From Alphaproteobacteria bacterium (lineage in GTDB: Bacteria; Pseudomonadota; Alphaproteobacteria; G965222575), in contig OZ244958.1 of assembly GCA_965222575.1 (NCBI GenBank), positions 192,001 to 256,000 of the forward strand: DNA of 64,000 bases, given 5' to 3'. Every line of letters starts with the position of its first letter. Within the stretch, counting starts at the first letter, position 1. Of this stretch, positions 1 through 10,152 are shown in pieces. The notes under the pieces were generated by a model. The model was not told the DNA's origin, searched no databases, and saw only the letters and a program-made list of their open reading frames with translations. The position numbers and the translations under genes are program-made.

Positions 1-965
1 CGAGCAAAGGGACCCACAACAGCCCCTTCTTCCACCACCGCCCCCTCAAGATGAGAGAAGCTCTTAATAACAGCCCCGCGCTGTACCACAACTTTTGGTC
101 CAAAAACCACATAAGGGAAAACATAAGCCCCTTCTTCCAAAAGGGTATCATGAGAGAAAATCACAGAGTCCGGCACTTGTAGTATTGCGCCGTTTTCAAG
201 GGCAAGGGTTCTCTTTTTTTGTTGAAAGAGCGCCTCAGCATCAGCCAGTTGCCGTAGCGTATTCACACCAACAAGTTCAGTAGCAGTCGTAGTAATAGAA
301 GAGACTGTATTGCCGTCTTTGTGTAAAAGTGCGACCACATCAGTAAGATATTGTTCTCCCCCTTTTCGTACAGGCACCTTTTGAAGGGCAGGGAAAAGCA
401 GGTGTTTTTGGAATCCCACCACCCCCCCATTGCAAAGATTCAGCTGTGCCTGCTCCGGGCTTAAGTCCTCCTCCTCTACAATGGCTAAGACCTGTTCGTT
501 GCGTAACAGGAGCCGTCCATAGCCTGTTGGGTTCTCTGGTGAGAAGGAAACAATAACGCCATGAGTCTGTTCTAGGGCTTCAACCAGCCGTTGTAAGGTA
601 TGGTGTTCAATGCCCGGCACATCGGCATTGAGAATCAGAATCTTGTGAAGTGAGGCCTTAAGTGCGGCTTGCGCCGCCCCAACCCCAACAGCAGTGCCAT
701 ACTTCCCAGCAGGTTGAACAACCCAAGAGAGGTGAGGATGCTCAAGAAAAAAAGGATTGAGAACATCCATAAGTTGCCCCCGCCCTTGTTCGTCCGACGG
801 TAAGACCACAAGAATTTGCTCTGCGCCGGTATCTATAGCCTTCTTGAGGCTATGGCTTATCAACGGCAGACCTCCTAAGGGAGAGAGGAGTTTCCCATAG
901 CCTTTCATGCGGGTCCCTAGTCCTCCCGCGAGAAGAATAATTGCTGTGTTGTGAAAATGTTTCAA
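1..965 (-). CDS. glmU: Bifunctional UDP-GlcNAc pyrophosphorylase/acetyltransferase, 3' part outside window
   Basis: Not in the ORF track; translated by hand. N-terminus LKHFHNTAIILLAGGLGTRMKG (LAxGxGTRM motif). The window edge reads FSHLEGAVVEEGAVVGPFAR (hexapeptide region). TTG start at 965 is inferred. Confidence 0.92.
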   Translation of the reverse strand, partial: MKHFHNTAIILLAGGLGTRMKGYGKLLSPLGGLPLISHSLKKAIDTGAEQILVVLPSDEQGRGQLMDVLNPFFLEHPHLSWVVQPAGKYGTAVGVGAAQAALKASLHKILILNADVPGIEHHTLQRLVEALEQTHGVIVSFSPENPTGYGRLLLRNEQVLAIVEEEDLSPEQAQLNLCNGGVVGFQKHLLFPALQKVPVRKGGEQYLTDVVALLHKDGNTVSSITTTATELVGVNTLRQLADAEALFQQKKRTLALENGAILQVPDSVIFSHDTLLEEGAYVFPYVVFGPKVVVQRGAVIKSFSHLEGAVVEEGAVVGPFA

Positions 966-1048
966 GAGATTTTCGTCTTTAACCCTTCACGGAAGTATAG
1001 TATACTTTAGCACAAAATTTTCTCTACCAACACAGGAATTGCCCTAGC

Positions 1049-2320
1049 ATGTATATAGAGTCAATCAAAAGTCGCGAAGTACTGGATAGTAGAGGATGTC
1101 CGACGGTAGAAACAGATATTTTTGTGAAGGACATAGGGTTTGTAGGACGGGGGAGCGTACCGTCTGGGGCGTCTAAGGGGAAAAGGGAGGCGGTAGAAAA
1201 GCGTGACGGCGGGGACAGGTACAATGGGCTTGGGGTGAGAGAAGCGGTAGAGCAAGTGATAAGCGCCATAGCACCGGCGTTAAGAGGTCTCGATATTCGC
1301 AATCAAGAAGAGATCGATACCTTGTTGCTGGAGTTAGATGGTACGGAAGATAAGAGTCGTTTAGGGGCAAATGCTCTGTTAAGTGTGAGTTTAGCTGTAG
1401 CACGCGGCGGGGCAAGAGTAACCGAGGTCCCTCTTTATCGGTATATAGGAGGTCTTTATCCTTTTCGTCTACCGGTTCCCATGATGAATCTGCTCAATGG
1501 AGGTTGTCATGGAGATAATGCACTACAGGTACAGGAATTTCTGGTGATACCGCAAGGGGGGACATTTTCTGAGTGTTTGCGTTGCGGGGTGGAGGTGTTT
1601 ACAGCCTTAGGAGATTGTCTGAAGTCCCAGGGCTTGAGTGTGTCTGTTGGGGATGAAGGGGGGTATGCCCCCCCTCTTAAGCGGACAGAAGAAGCCTTAG
1701 ACTTCCTCATGGCAGCCATTGAGAAAAGCGGTTATAAAGCGGGAGAGGAGGTTTACTTAGGATTAGATGTGGCAGCAAGTACGCTATATGAGAAGGGGAT
1801 TTATCACTTAGAGGGGAAAAAATCCGTCAAAGAATTGATTGGGTGGTACTCGTCTCTTTGCGAGCAGTACCCCTTGGTCTCCATAGAAGATGGCTGTGCC
1901 GAAGAGGATGAGGAGGGATGGTGCTTGTTAATGGAGAGGTTAGGAGACAAGATAAAAGTGATAGGCGATGATGTGTTTGTGACGAAGGAGTCCTTATTAT
2001 GTGAGGGATTAAGACGTGGTATCGCTAATGGCATTCTGATAAAGCCTAATCAATGCGGAACGCTTACGGAGACATTGGGGGCTATCTCTAAAGCCCATAA
2101 GGGGGGGTGGATTTGTGCCGTGTCACACCGTAGCGGAGAGACCAATGATAGTTTTATTGCAGACCTATCAGTAGGAACCGGAAGTGATTTCATTAAGGCT
2201 GGAGCACCCTGTCGCGGGGAGAGGGTTTCAAAGTATAACACATTGTTGAGGATTGAAGAGGAACTCTCCACACCGCAAGTTCGTTGCCTTTTTCCTAAAA
2301 GGGAGTACAAGAGGAAATAA
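1049..2320 (+). CDS. eno: Enolase
   Basis: REVLDSRGxPTVE, VPSGAS, VGDEGGYAP, IKPNQxGTLTET, SHRSGET and RGERVSKYN motifs. Confidence 0.98.
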   Translation: MYIESIKSREVLDSRGCPTVETDIFVKDIGFVGRGSVPSGASKGKREAVEKRDGGDRYNGLGVREAVEQVISAIAPALRGLDIRNQEEIDTLLLELDGTEDKSRLGANALLSVSLAVARGGARVTEVPLYRYIGGLYPFRLPVPMMNLLNGGCHGDNALQVQEFLVIPQGGTFSECLRCGVEVFTALGDCLKSQGLSVSVGDEGGYAPPLKRTEEALDFLMAAIEKSGYKAGEEVYLGLDVAASTLYEKGIYHLEGKKSVKELIGWYSSLCEQYPLVSIEDGCAEEDEEGWCLLMERLGDKIKVIGDDVFVTKESLLCEGLRRGIANGILIKPNQCGTLTETLGAISKAHKGGWICAVSHRSGETNDSFIADLSVGTGSDFIKAGAPCRGERVSKYNTLLRIEEELSTPQVRCLFPKREYKRK

Positions 2321-2322
2321 AG

Positions 2323-4350
2323 TTGTCTTTACCACCGCTACCGTATACGTCCATGGCGAATGCCATTCGCGTCTTATCCATGGAGGCAGTGGAGAAAGCC
2401 CAAAGTGGACATCCGGGGTTGCCTATGGGGATGGCAGAGGTAGGGACAGTGCTCTTCAGTACGATTTTGAAGCATCATCCTCCTCATCCGGAGTGGTATG
2501 ACAGAGACCGTTTTGTTTTGTCAGCTGGTCACGGTTCTTTGTTGTTGTACTGCCTTTTATATTTAAGCGGCTATGCGTCCATGGGGATTGAGGACATTAA
2601 GAAGTTTCGGTCTTTACACAGTGTGACGCCGGGACATCCTGAGAAGTTTGTGACCCAAGGGGTTGAAGCGACAACAGGGCCCTTGGGGCAAGGGTTAGGC
2701 AATGCGGTGGGCATGGCGTTAAGTGAACATCTCTTAGGACGATTATTCGGGGAGGATATCGTCAATCATCATACCTATGCCCTCGTAGGGGATGGCTGTT
2801 TAATGGAGGGGATTAGCCAAGAGGTCATTTCTTTCGCAGGGCATTACAAGTTGAAGAAGTTAATTGTCCTATTTGACAACAACGCCATTTCCATAGACGG
2901 TCCAACATCCCTTACCTGTTCCACGGACCAAAGGAAGCGGTTTTTATCGGAGGGGTGGTCTGTATGGGAGGCATCAGCCCATGATGTGGGGGAGATTACC
3001 GAGTCTTTAGAGGCTGCAAAGAGAAGTGAGTGTCCCTCTTTAGTAATTTTTCATTCTGTTATAGGGAAAGGGTCTGTGAACAAGTCTGGCACATCGGCTG
3101 TTCACGGGTCTGCTTTGGGGGCGGAGGAAGTGGAGGTGAGCAAGAAGGCTTTGGGATGGGGAGAGGTACCGGCTTTTGAGGTACCGGAGGAGGTATTGAA
3201 GTGTTGGCGCAGAGCCAAAGAGAGACATACGCAGTCTTATGAGGGCTGGTGTGAACGGCTTGCCTCTCACCCTGATAGGGAGAGATTTTTATCTCTGATG
3301 AAGGGGGAAAGGATATCTGAAGAATTAGGGAAAGGGGAGGTTTTCAAGTCGTTAAAGGAGCAGTTCATCAAGGAATCCAAGTCTTTGTCCACCCGCAAGG
3401 CTTCCTTTTGCGTATTGGAATCTCTGTGTGAGAGCACTCCTTGTCTTCTTGGTGGCAGTGCGGACTTAACGGGGTCTAATTTGACGAAGACAAAGCACCA
3501 TAAGCTTTTATCTGAATGGGAAGAGGGGTATAGTTTTTACATACATTACGGCGTTCGGGAGCATGGCATGGGGGCGATTATGAACGGCATAGCGTTACAT
3601 GGGGGATTTATACCATATGGGGGAACATTTTTAGCCTTTTCAGATTATATGCGTCCATCGATTCGTCTTGCGGCGTTGAGCGCTCTAAGGGTGGTGTATG
3701 TTTTCAGTCATGATTCCATAGGGTTAGGAGAAGATGGTCCCACGCATCAGCCTGTGGAGCATTTAGAAAGTTTGCGTCTTATCCCTAATCTTTTAGTTTT
3801 TCGTCCCTGTGATGGTGTGGAGACAGCAGACTGTTGGCAGTTAGCGTTACAGAGGTTCGAGGGGCCATCAGTTTTAGCGTTAAGCCGTCAGGATTTAGGA
3901 TTTTTGCGCAAAGGGAGTGTCGTACTTGGGGAAGGTGAGAATTTGTGTGTGCGTGGGGCTTACAAGCTTTGGGGGAGTAGTGAGTCCGGAGAGGTCAAGC
4001 TATTGGCATCAGGTTCTGAGGTAGGATTAGCATTAGAAGTTGCTTACGCTTTAGAAGCGGAGAAGATATCCTCTCAGGTGATATCCGTTCCTTGTAAGGA
4101 GTTGTTTGACAAGCAGCCTAAGGGGTATCGGGATTCCTTACTAGGCGGCGAGGGGTTGTGCGTGGTGATAGAGGCGGGCAGAGAGGGAACTTGGCGTAAG
4201 TATTTAGGGGAAAAAGGGATATTTATGGGACTATCCACTTTTGGTTTGTCAGCGCCATATGAGGCGCTTTATAATACCTTTGGATTGAAGACGGAATTGC
4301 TCACGCGACGTATCAAGAAGGCTTTAGGCGAGGGAAGCAAGGGATGTTAA
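2323..4350 (+). CDS. tkt: Transketolase
   Basis: SGHPGLPMG, RDRFVLSAGHGS, GDGCLMEG and HDSIGLGEDGPTHQP motifs. Confidence 0.98.
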   Translation: MSLPPLPYTSMANAIRVLSMEAVEKAQSGHPGLPMGMAEVGTVLFSTILKHHPPHPEWYDRDRFVLSAGHGSLLLYCLLYLSGYASMGIEDIKKFRSLHSVTPGHPEKFVTQGVEATTGPLGQGLGNAVGMALSEHLLGRLFGEDIVNHHTYALVGDGCLMEGISQEVISFAGHYKLKKLIVLFDNNAISIDGPTSLTCSTDQRKRFLSEGWSVWEASAHDVGEITESLEAAKRSECPSLVIFHSVIGKGSVNKSGTSAVHGSALGAEEVEVSKKALGWGEVPAFEVPEEVLKCWRRAKERHTQSYEGWCERLASHPDRERFLSLMKGERISEELGKGEVFKSLKEQFIKESKSLSTRKASFCVLESLCESTPCLLGGSADLTGSNLTKTKHHKLLSEWEEGYSFYIHYGVREHGMGAIMNGIALHGGFIPYGGTFLAFSDYMRPSIRLAALSALRVVYVFSHDSIGLGEDGPTHQPVEHLESLRLIPNLLVFRPCDGVETADCWQLALQRFEGPSVLALSRQDLGFLRKGSVVLGEGENLCVRGAYKLWGSSESGEVKLLASGSEVGLALEVAYALEAEKISSQVISVPCKELFDKQPKGYRDSLLGGEGLCVVIEAGREGTWRKYLGEKGIFMGLSTFGLSAPYEALYNTFGLKTELLTRRIKKALGEGSKGC

Positions 4351-5357
4351 AGCTAGGCATTAATGGGTTTGGTCGGATAGGGCGCATGACTTTGCGGGCG
4401 TTACTGGAGCGGGGAGAGAAGCAAATGTCTGTGGTGAAGGTGAATGACCCTAATCCTTCGGAGACGCTAGCGTATTTATTGCAGTATGATTCTGTTCACG
4501 GTCGGTATGCGGGGGCGGTGAGGAGTGCAGGAGAGAGGCTGTATGTTGGGGAGGATGAGGAGGAGGAGGAGGAGGGGATTGGGGTATCTCACCATAGGGA
4601 TTGTTCTGCGTTAGATTGGCGGGGTGTTGATATTGTTCTTGAGTGCAGTGGTCGTTATGTGACAGAGGAGCGTGCGCGGGTTCATCTTTTATCTGGAGCG
4701 GGTCGGGTATTGGTATCGGCGCCTTGTAAGGGGGCTGCGTCCACCATTGTGTATGGGGTGAATCAGGAGGAGATAAAGAAGGAGCATAAGATTGTGTCTA
4801 ATGCGTCTTGCACGACGAACTGTTTAGCGCCTCTTTTGAAAGTGTTACTATCAAGGGTTGGTATTTTGCGGGGATTTATGACAACGGTTCATGCGTACAC
4901 ATCGGATCAAACACTCTTAGATAGGTCTCATAGGGACGTGCGTCGAGGACGTGGTGCTGGATTATCCATGGTTCCGACGACCACTGGTGCGACACACGCC
5001 ATAGAGAGCATTTTTCCTTTACTAAAAGGGAAACTAGGGGGAACATCCATTCGTGTTCCGACGCCTAATGTCTCTCTTGTGGACTTGACTGTGCAAGTAG
5101 GACAATCCGTGACGAAGGAGGAGCTGAACGAGGCTTTTGAGGAAGCATCGGAAGGGGAGCTACAAGGCATTTTAGCTGTTGAGTCGGCACCTTTAGTCTC
5201 CAGTGATTTTGTTCATCATAGTGCAAGTTGCATTGTGGACTTGTCACAAACTTATGTAGTGGGGGGGGATTTTATCAGGGTTTTAGGCTGGTACGATAAC
5301 GAGTGGGGATTTGCGAATCGTATGCTGGATGTAGCAGCCTTGATGTGGTCTCTGTAA
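4344..5357 (+). CDS. gap: Type I glyceraldehyde-3-phosphate dehydrogenase
   Basis: GINGFGRIGR, catalytic SNASCTTNCLAP and WYDNEWGF. Confidence 0.97.
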   Translation: MLKLGINGFGRIGRMTLRALLERGEKQMSVVKVNDPNPSETLAYLLQYDSVHGRYAGAVRSAGERLYVGEDEEEEEEGIGVSHHRDCSALDWRGVDIVLECSGRYVTEERARVHLLSGAGRVLVSAPCKGAASTIVYGVNQEEIKKEHKIVSNASCTTNCLAPLLKVLLSRVGILRGFMTTVHAYTSDQTLLDRSHRDVRRGRGAGLSMVPTTTGATHAIESIFPLLKGKLGGTSIRVPTPNVSLVDLTVQVGQSVTKEELNEAFEEASEGELQGILAVESAPLVSSDFVHHSASCIVDLSQTYVVGGDFIRVLGWYDNEWGFANRMLDVAALMWSL

Positions 5358-5359
5358 GC

Positions 5360-6559
5360 ATGCCTTCTTTAGAGAGGTTGTTAGCGTGCGGTATTAGGGG
5401 CAAGCGGATTGTGTTGCGGTTAGATTTGAATGTCCCCTTGCGCAATGGCAGGGTTGGGGATTTTTATCGTCTTGAGGAAAGTTTACAGACTTTGAAGGCT
5501 CTTAAGAGCGGAGGAGGGCGGGTGAAGATTCTGTCACATTTCGGTCGTCCTGGGGGGCGGGTTGTGGAGTCTTACTCTTTTAAGCGGTTGCTTGGGGATT
5601 TTCAATCTTGGTTTGGGCAGCATGGGTTACTGTTGGAGGGAGATTTTAGTACGAAGTATTATGTTGAGGCGAAAAAGGAGCCTGGGGCGGGGAAGTTTTT
5701 GTTGCTTGAAAACGTGCGGTTTTGTGCGGAAGAAGAGGCAGTAGCCCCTGGGGAGTCCTTTGTCAAGAAGGCTTTAACCCTTGGGGAGGTTTTTGTCCAT
5801 GAGGGCTTTTCAGTGAGTCACAGGAACTCTGTAAGCAGTCTACAATTGGCGAAACATTTACCATCTTACAGTGGGTATCACTTAGAACGCGAAGTGAGAA
5901 TCATAAAAAAATTGCTACTAGATAGGCCTAAGCATCCGTTTTTCGCTATTATTGGAGGGAAGAAGGCGAGTAAGTTTGGCACCTTAAAGACCTTTTTATC
6001 AAGGGGTGCCAAAGTCGTACTAGGAGGTGGCATAGCGAACACCTTTCTAGCAGCTCATGGATACAATATTGGGAACTCTTTTGTGGAAGAAGACCTAATC
6101 CCTAGGGCAAGGGAACTATTAAGGCAATACGCTACAACACTCACCCTGCCTGACCATGTATTGGTCTGTAAGTCTTTAAGGGAGGAGGGTACGCTCATCA
6201 AGTGCAAGTCCGTCTCCGATTTAGCCCCAGATGATATCATTGGAGATGCTTGCTTTGATTGGTCTTTCTTACATGAGTTGCGTCCGGGCGGTACCGTGTT
6301 CTGGAATGGTCCCTTAGGCATCTGTGAAAATCCCTCCTTTACTCTATCAAGCCATTTGCTGTACACATACCTTAAAGGGTTAGGTGCAAAGGTTATTTCT
6401 ATTATTGGAGGAGGAGACACTATGGGGTCTCTTCCCGGTGATTTTTCCCCTTCTAATGACAGCATTAGCCATTATTCAACAGGAGGAGGGGCTCTGCTAG
6501 CGTTTCTTGAAAATCCTCATTTAGAAGTTTTGCGTGCGTTAAAGCTTTTATCTTGTTGA
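5360..6559 (+). CDS. pgk: Phosphoglycerate kinase (divergent)
   Basis: RLDLNVP, SHFGRP, LLENVRF, FWNGPLG, GGGDT and STGGGA. Start moved to the ATG at 5360, just after the gap stop. Confidence 0.93.
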   Translation: MPSLERLLACGIRGKRIVLRLDLNVPLRNGRVGDFYRLEESLQTLKALKSGGGRVKILSHFGRPGGRVVESYSFKRLLGDFQSWFGQHGLLLEGDFSTKYYVEAKKEPGAGKFLLLENVRFCAEEEAVAPGESFVKKALTLGEVFVHEGFSVSHRNSVSSLQLAKHLPSYSGYHLEREVRIIKKLLLDRPKHPFFAIIGGKKASKFGTLKTFLSRGAKVVLGGGIANTFLAAHGYNIGNSFVEEDLIPRARELLRQYATTLTLPDHVLVCKSLREEGTLIKCKSVSDLAPDDIIGDACFDWSFLHELRPGGTVFWNGPLGICENPSFTLSSHLLYTYLKGLGAKVISIIGGGDTMGSLPGDFSPSNDSISHYSTGGGALLAFLENPHLEVLRALKLLSC

Positions 6560-6617
6560 CACACTTTGGAAGTCTGAGTATGGTATAAAGTAAGTAAGCG
6601 AGTATACTAAAGATTGG

Positions 6618-7237
6618 ATGTCCATGAAAGCCGCATCATTATCTTATATGAAGCTACTATTCACAGTGTTGTGCGTAGGTGGCTTTCTGTTAGTATTGCC
6701 TTCTTGTTCTCATATGGGCACACAAGAGGACTCTCTTGCAGAGCTGAAGGCGCTCAAAAAGTTCGATAAGCAGAAAATGCTGGAGGAAGAGCAACAGCAA
6801 CAGAGCAAGAGGAAGAGGAAGAGGAGAAAATCGTAGAGGAAGTGATAGAAGAAGAAGAAGAGGACAAGGGGACGAGGGAGTATTATGATACACGCCTTAA
6901 GGCGGCGGTTTTTTTTGACTTTGATTCTTATGTGTTAGGAGAGGAGTCAAAGGCGCTGTTGCTTGCGCAATCTGATTGGTTGAAGGAGTATTTTCGTGGA
7001 GGGGTTGTCTACATAGAGGGTCACTGTGATGAGAGGGGGACGAGGGAGTATAATATAGCACTTGGAGCGAAGCGTGCGTATGCTGTTGTTGAGTATTTAA
7101 TGTTATTGGGGGTACCGAAGCGTTGGTTACAGACAGTATCTTACGGGAAGGAACGTCCCTTAATAAGTGAGTCACTAGAAACATCGTGGGCGCAAAATCG
7201 CCGTGCTCTTATTACCTTTACAACGCCATCTGAATGA
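6618..7237 (+). pseudogene. pal: Pal/OmpA-family peptidoglycan-associated lipoprotein split by a 1-nt frameshift (or a sequencing error)
   Basis: ORF 6618-6836 has a lipoprotein-like signal (LLVLPSC). ORF 6842-7237 has the Pal domain (VFFDFDS, IEGHCDERGTREYNIALG, VSYGKERP, NRRA). The second frame is open back into the Q/E repeat near 6800. Confidence 0.8.
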
Positions 7238-7270
7238 GTAAAGTGTGGTGGGGGGGCAGAAATTGGAAGA

Positions 7271-7969
7271 ATGAAGGAGACAACAGCGAAGATTTTTTGT
7301 GCCCTTGATTTGCAAGAGCGTTCCAGTTGTCGTGCCTTATTGGAAGGGGTTGCCCCTTATGTTGATGGATTTAAGGTAGGGAGTATTTTTTTTACGTCTT
7401 TTGGTCCTGCTGGGGTAAAAGAGTTGAAGCAAACTTATCCTAACCACAAGTTATTTTTAGATTTGAAGTGGCATGATATTCCGCATACGGTTAGGGAATC
7501 AGCAAGATTGAGTACGTTACTGAGTCCGTTTATGGTAACGGTACATACAATGGGAGGGAAAGAGATAATGCAGGCAGCACTTGAGGGGGTACAGCAGCGT
7601 GGAGGAGTAGAGCAACCGTTAGTATTAGGGGTGACGGTTTTGACATCTTCTACTATAGGGTCGCCTAAGGAAGTGACGGTTTTAGCACAATCAGCTTATG
7701 AAGTGGGGCTAGATGGTATTGTTTGCGGTGCGGGGGATTTGTGTTTCTTGCCAGAGGAGATAAAATCTACTATGGTGAAAGTGACGCCCGGCATCAGGAT
7801 GGAGGGGGAGAGGTGTACGGGGGAAGACCAGAAGCGTGTGTTAACAGGCAAAGAGGCGGTACGAGCTGGTTCTGATTACTTGATTATTGGTCGTCCATTT
7901 ACTGGGGCTAAAGACCCGGCTTTAGCGGCACGCAGGTTCAGAGACTCATTGGTGGAAGAGGAATCATGA
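7271..7969 (+). CDS. pyrF: Orotidine-5'-phosphate decarboxylase
   Basis: ALD, FLDLKWHDIPHTV, VTVLTS, VTPGIR, DQKR and IIGRP motifs. Confidence 0.96.
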   Translation: MKETTAKIFCALDLQERSSCRALLEGVAPYVDGFKVGSIFFTSFGPAGVKELKQTYPNHKLFLDLKWHDIPHTVRESARLSTLLSPFMVTVHTMGGKEIMQAALEGVQQRGGVEQPLVLGVTVLTSSTIGSPKEVTVLAQSAYEVGLDGIVCGAGDLCFLPEEIKSTMVKVTPGIRMEGERCTGEDQKRVLTGKEAVRAGSDYLIIGRPFTGAKDPALAARRFRDSLVEEES

Positions 7970-8826
7970 ATTGGTTAAAGAAGGCGATTTTGCCTAGGAT
8001 TAAATTTTTTCGTCGCCAACGGGAGGCACCGGATGATGTATGGTCAAGATGTTTATCCTGTGGCCATATTATGTTTCAGGCAGATTTTATATCGGAGCAA
8101 TATGTGTGTCCTAAGTGTCAGCATCATGCGCGCATAGATGCTCTGTCGAGATTTTCGTTATTATTTGACGGGGGATATGAAGTGTTATCCTTGATTAAGT
8201 CAAAGGATAGGCAGGACCCCTTAAAGTTTCAGGACACAAAGAGCTACAAGAAGCGCTTATCTGAGGCTTGCAAGCTGAACTATGCGTTAGAGGAGTCAGT
8301 GAGTGTTGGGGTAGGAACGCTACAAGGTCACAAAGCGGTGATGAGTGTACAAAATTTTTCTTTTATGGGGGGGTCAATGGGGATGAGTGCGGGAGAGTCC
8401 ATTGTGTTAGCGGCGCGCAAAGCTTTAGAGACTGCGTCGGCTTTAATTACCATCTGTTCATCAGGTGGTATGCGTATGCAGGAAGGGGTATTATCACTGA
8501 TGCAAATGCCGCGTACGACCATAGGGATTACGCGGTTGAAGGAAGCGGGACTGCCTTATATTAGTGTGTTATCTGACCCGACGACGGGAGGGGTCACGGC
8601 GTCTTTTGCGACTTTAGGGGATATTACGCTTGCGGAGCCCGGTGCGTTGATTGGGTTTGCGGGACCGAGGGTGATTCAGCAAACCATTAACACGACTTTA
8701 CCGCCCGGTTTTCAGCGGGCAGAGTATCTCTATGAGAGGGGGATGATTGACCAAGTTGTCCACCGTCATGACTTAAAGAATAAGCTTGCGAATTTTTTAC
8801 ATCTTTTCTATGACAAGAGCTGGTAG
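7966..8826 (+). CDS. accD: Acetyl-CoA carboxylase carboxyltransferase beta subunit
   Basis: N-terminal C4 zinc finger, FMGGSMG, RMQEG, PTTGGVTASFA and IGFAGPRVI. Confidence 0.97.
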   Translation: MNWLKKAILPRIKFFRRQREAPDDVWSRCLSCGHIMFQADFISEQYVCPKCQHHARIDALSRFSLLFDGGYEVLSLIKSKDRQDPLKFQDTKSYKKRLSEACKLNYALEESVSVGVGTLQGHKAVMSVQNFSFMGGSMGMSAGESIVLAARKALETASALITICSSGGMRMQEGVLSLMQMPRTTIGITRLKEAGLPYISVLSDPTTGGVTASFATLGDITLAEPGALIGFAGPRVIQQTINTTLPPGFQRAEYLYERGMIDQVVHRHDLKNKLANFLHLFYDKSW

Positions 8827-10117
8827 GATAGAATCGCTTTTGTTAAAACGTCATAGCCGCAAGGTAAAGTATTCTTTAGATAGGATAAAAGAGGTATTGA
8901 AGAGATTTGACAATCCTCAGGAAGCGTTACCGCCGACGATTCATGTTGCTGGGACTAACGGGAAAGGGTCGACCATGGCTTTTTTGCGTGGGATTTTGGA
9001 AGCGGCGGGGTATAGGGGACATAGTTTTACTTCTCCTAGTCTTACAGGCCTTGAAGAGAGGTTTACGGTTCGAGGAGAAACAATAAAGCCCTCAGATTTA
9101 GAAGAGGTTTTACTTAAGGTATCGGATGAAAGTTTCTCTACTGGCATTGCGCTGAGTTTTTTTGAAGTGTTGGCTGTGAGTGCTTTTATTGTGTTTAGAG
9201 AAAAGGAAGGGGATTTTGTGTTGTTAGAGTCTGGTCTTGGGGGGCGGTTAGATGCGACAAATGTTGTATCGGCACCGGTGTTGACGATTTTGACCTCAAT
9301 ATCCCTTGATCACACAGATTTTTTGGGAGAAAGTTTAGAGGAAATAGCCCGTGAGAAGTGCGGCATATTAAAGGAGCAAGTCCCGATTATTTGTGGGCGT
9401 CAGTGTTCAAGGAGAGTAGAAGAAATCATTGTATCAACAAGTGCGGCGAAGGGGAGTCGTTTGTATAGGGAAGGGACGGATTGGTTTTTAGAGGGGAAAG
9501 AGGAAGGGTTGACAGTGAGAACACCTTGGGGGGATTTTTCTTTTTCATCACTGGGGTTGTTGGGGTCTTACCAGAAAGAAAATGCTGGGGGAGCGGTATT
9601 AGGGGCTTTGTGTTTACAGGAGGAGGGTTTTTGTTTACCAAGGAGGAGTTTATCTGAAGGGTTGAAGTGTGCACGCTGGCGTGGTCGTTTTGAGAGGATA
9701 AAGGATCATTTGGTTTATCCTAAGATGCAGACTGGCACAGAGATTATTGTGGACGGAGGTCATAATCCCTCTGCTGCTCAAGCGGTTGTAGAAAGTTTAC
9801 AAGAGATGAGGGGCTTGTTACGATTAGAAAATCGTCCTCTGATTGTGTTGATAGGGGCGCTTAAAAGCAAGCCTATTGTGGAAATGCTGCTGCCATTTTT
9901 CGTTTTTGGGTCTATGCTAGAGGTATGGCATACGCCCCTTTTGCATCAAGAAAGCTGGGGGTCTCTTCCCCCTTTGCCTGAAGGGGTAGTAAGAGAATAT
10001 TCCTCGTTGTCTTCGGCCCTAGATTTTCTGAAGGAACGAAGGGATAGTCCCCTAGTGGTGGTGTTTGGGTCGCTGTATTTGGTCTCGGAATTTTTCTCTT
10101 CTCACATGAAGAGCTAG
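8810..10117 (+). CDS. folC: Folylpolyglutamate synthase/dihydrofolate synthase
   Basis: IHVAGTNGKGST, ESGLGGRLDATN, DGGHNP and FGSLYL; follows accD. ATG at 8810 chosen. Confidence 0.96.
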   Translation: MTRAGRIESLLLKRHSRKVKYSLDRIKEVLKRFDNPQEALPPTIHVAGTNGKGSTMAFLRGILEAAGYRGHSFTSPSLTGLEERFTVRGETIKPSDLEEVLLKVSDESFSTGIALSFFEVLAVSAFIVFREKEGDFVLLESGLGGRLDATNVVSAPVLTILTSISLDHTDFLGESLEEIAREKCGILKEQVPIICGRQCSRRVEEIIVSTSAAKGSRLYREGTDWFLEGKEEGLTVRTPWGDFSFSSLGLLGSYQKENAGGAVLGALCLQEEGFCLPRRSLSEGLKCARWRGRFERIKDHLVYPKMQTGTEIIVDGGHNPSAAQAVVESLQEMRGLLRLENRPLIVLIGALKSKPIVEMLLPFFVFGSMLEVWHTPLLHQESWGSLPPLPEGVVREYSSLSSALDFLKERRDSPLVVVFGSLYLVSEFFSSHMKS

Positions 10118-10152
10118 AATAATACTTGTAGTTAGAGGAAATTTCTATTAGA

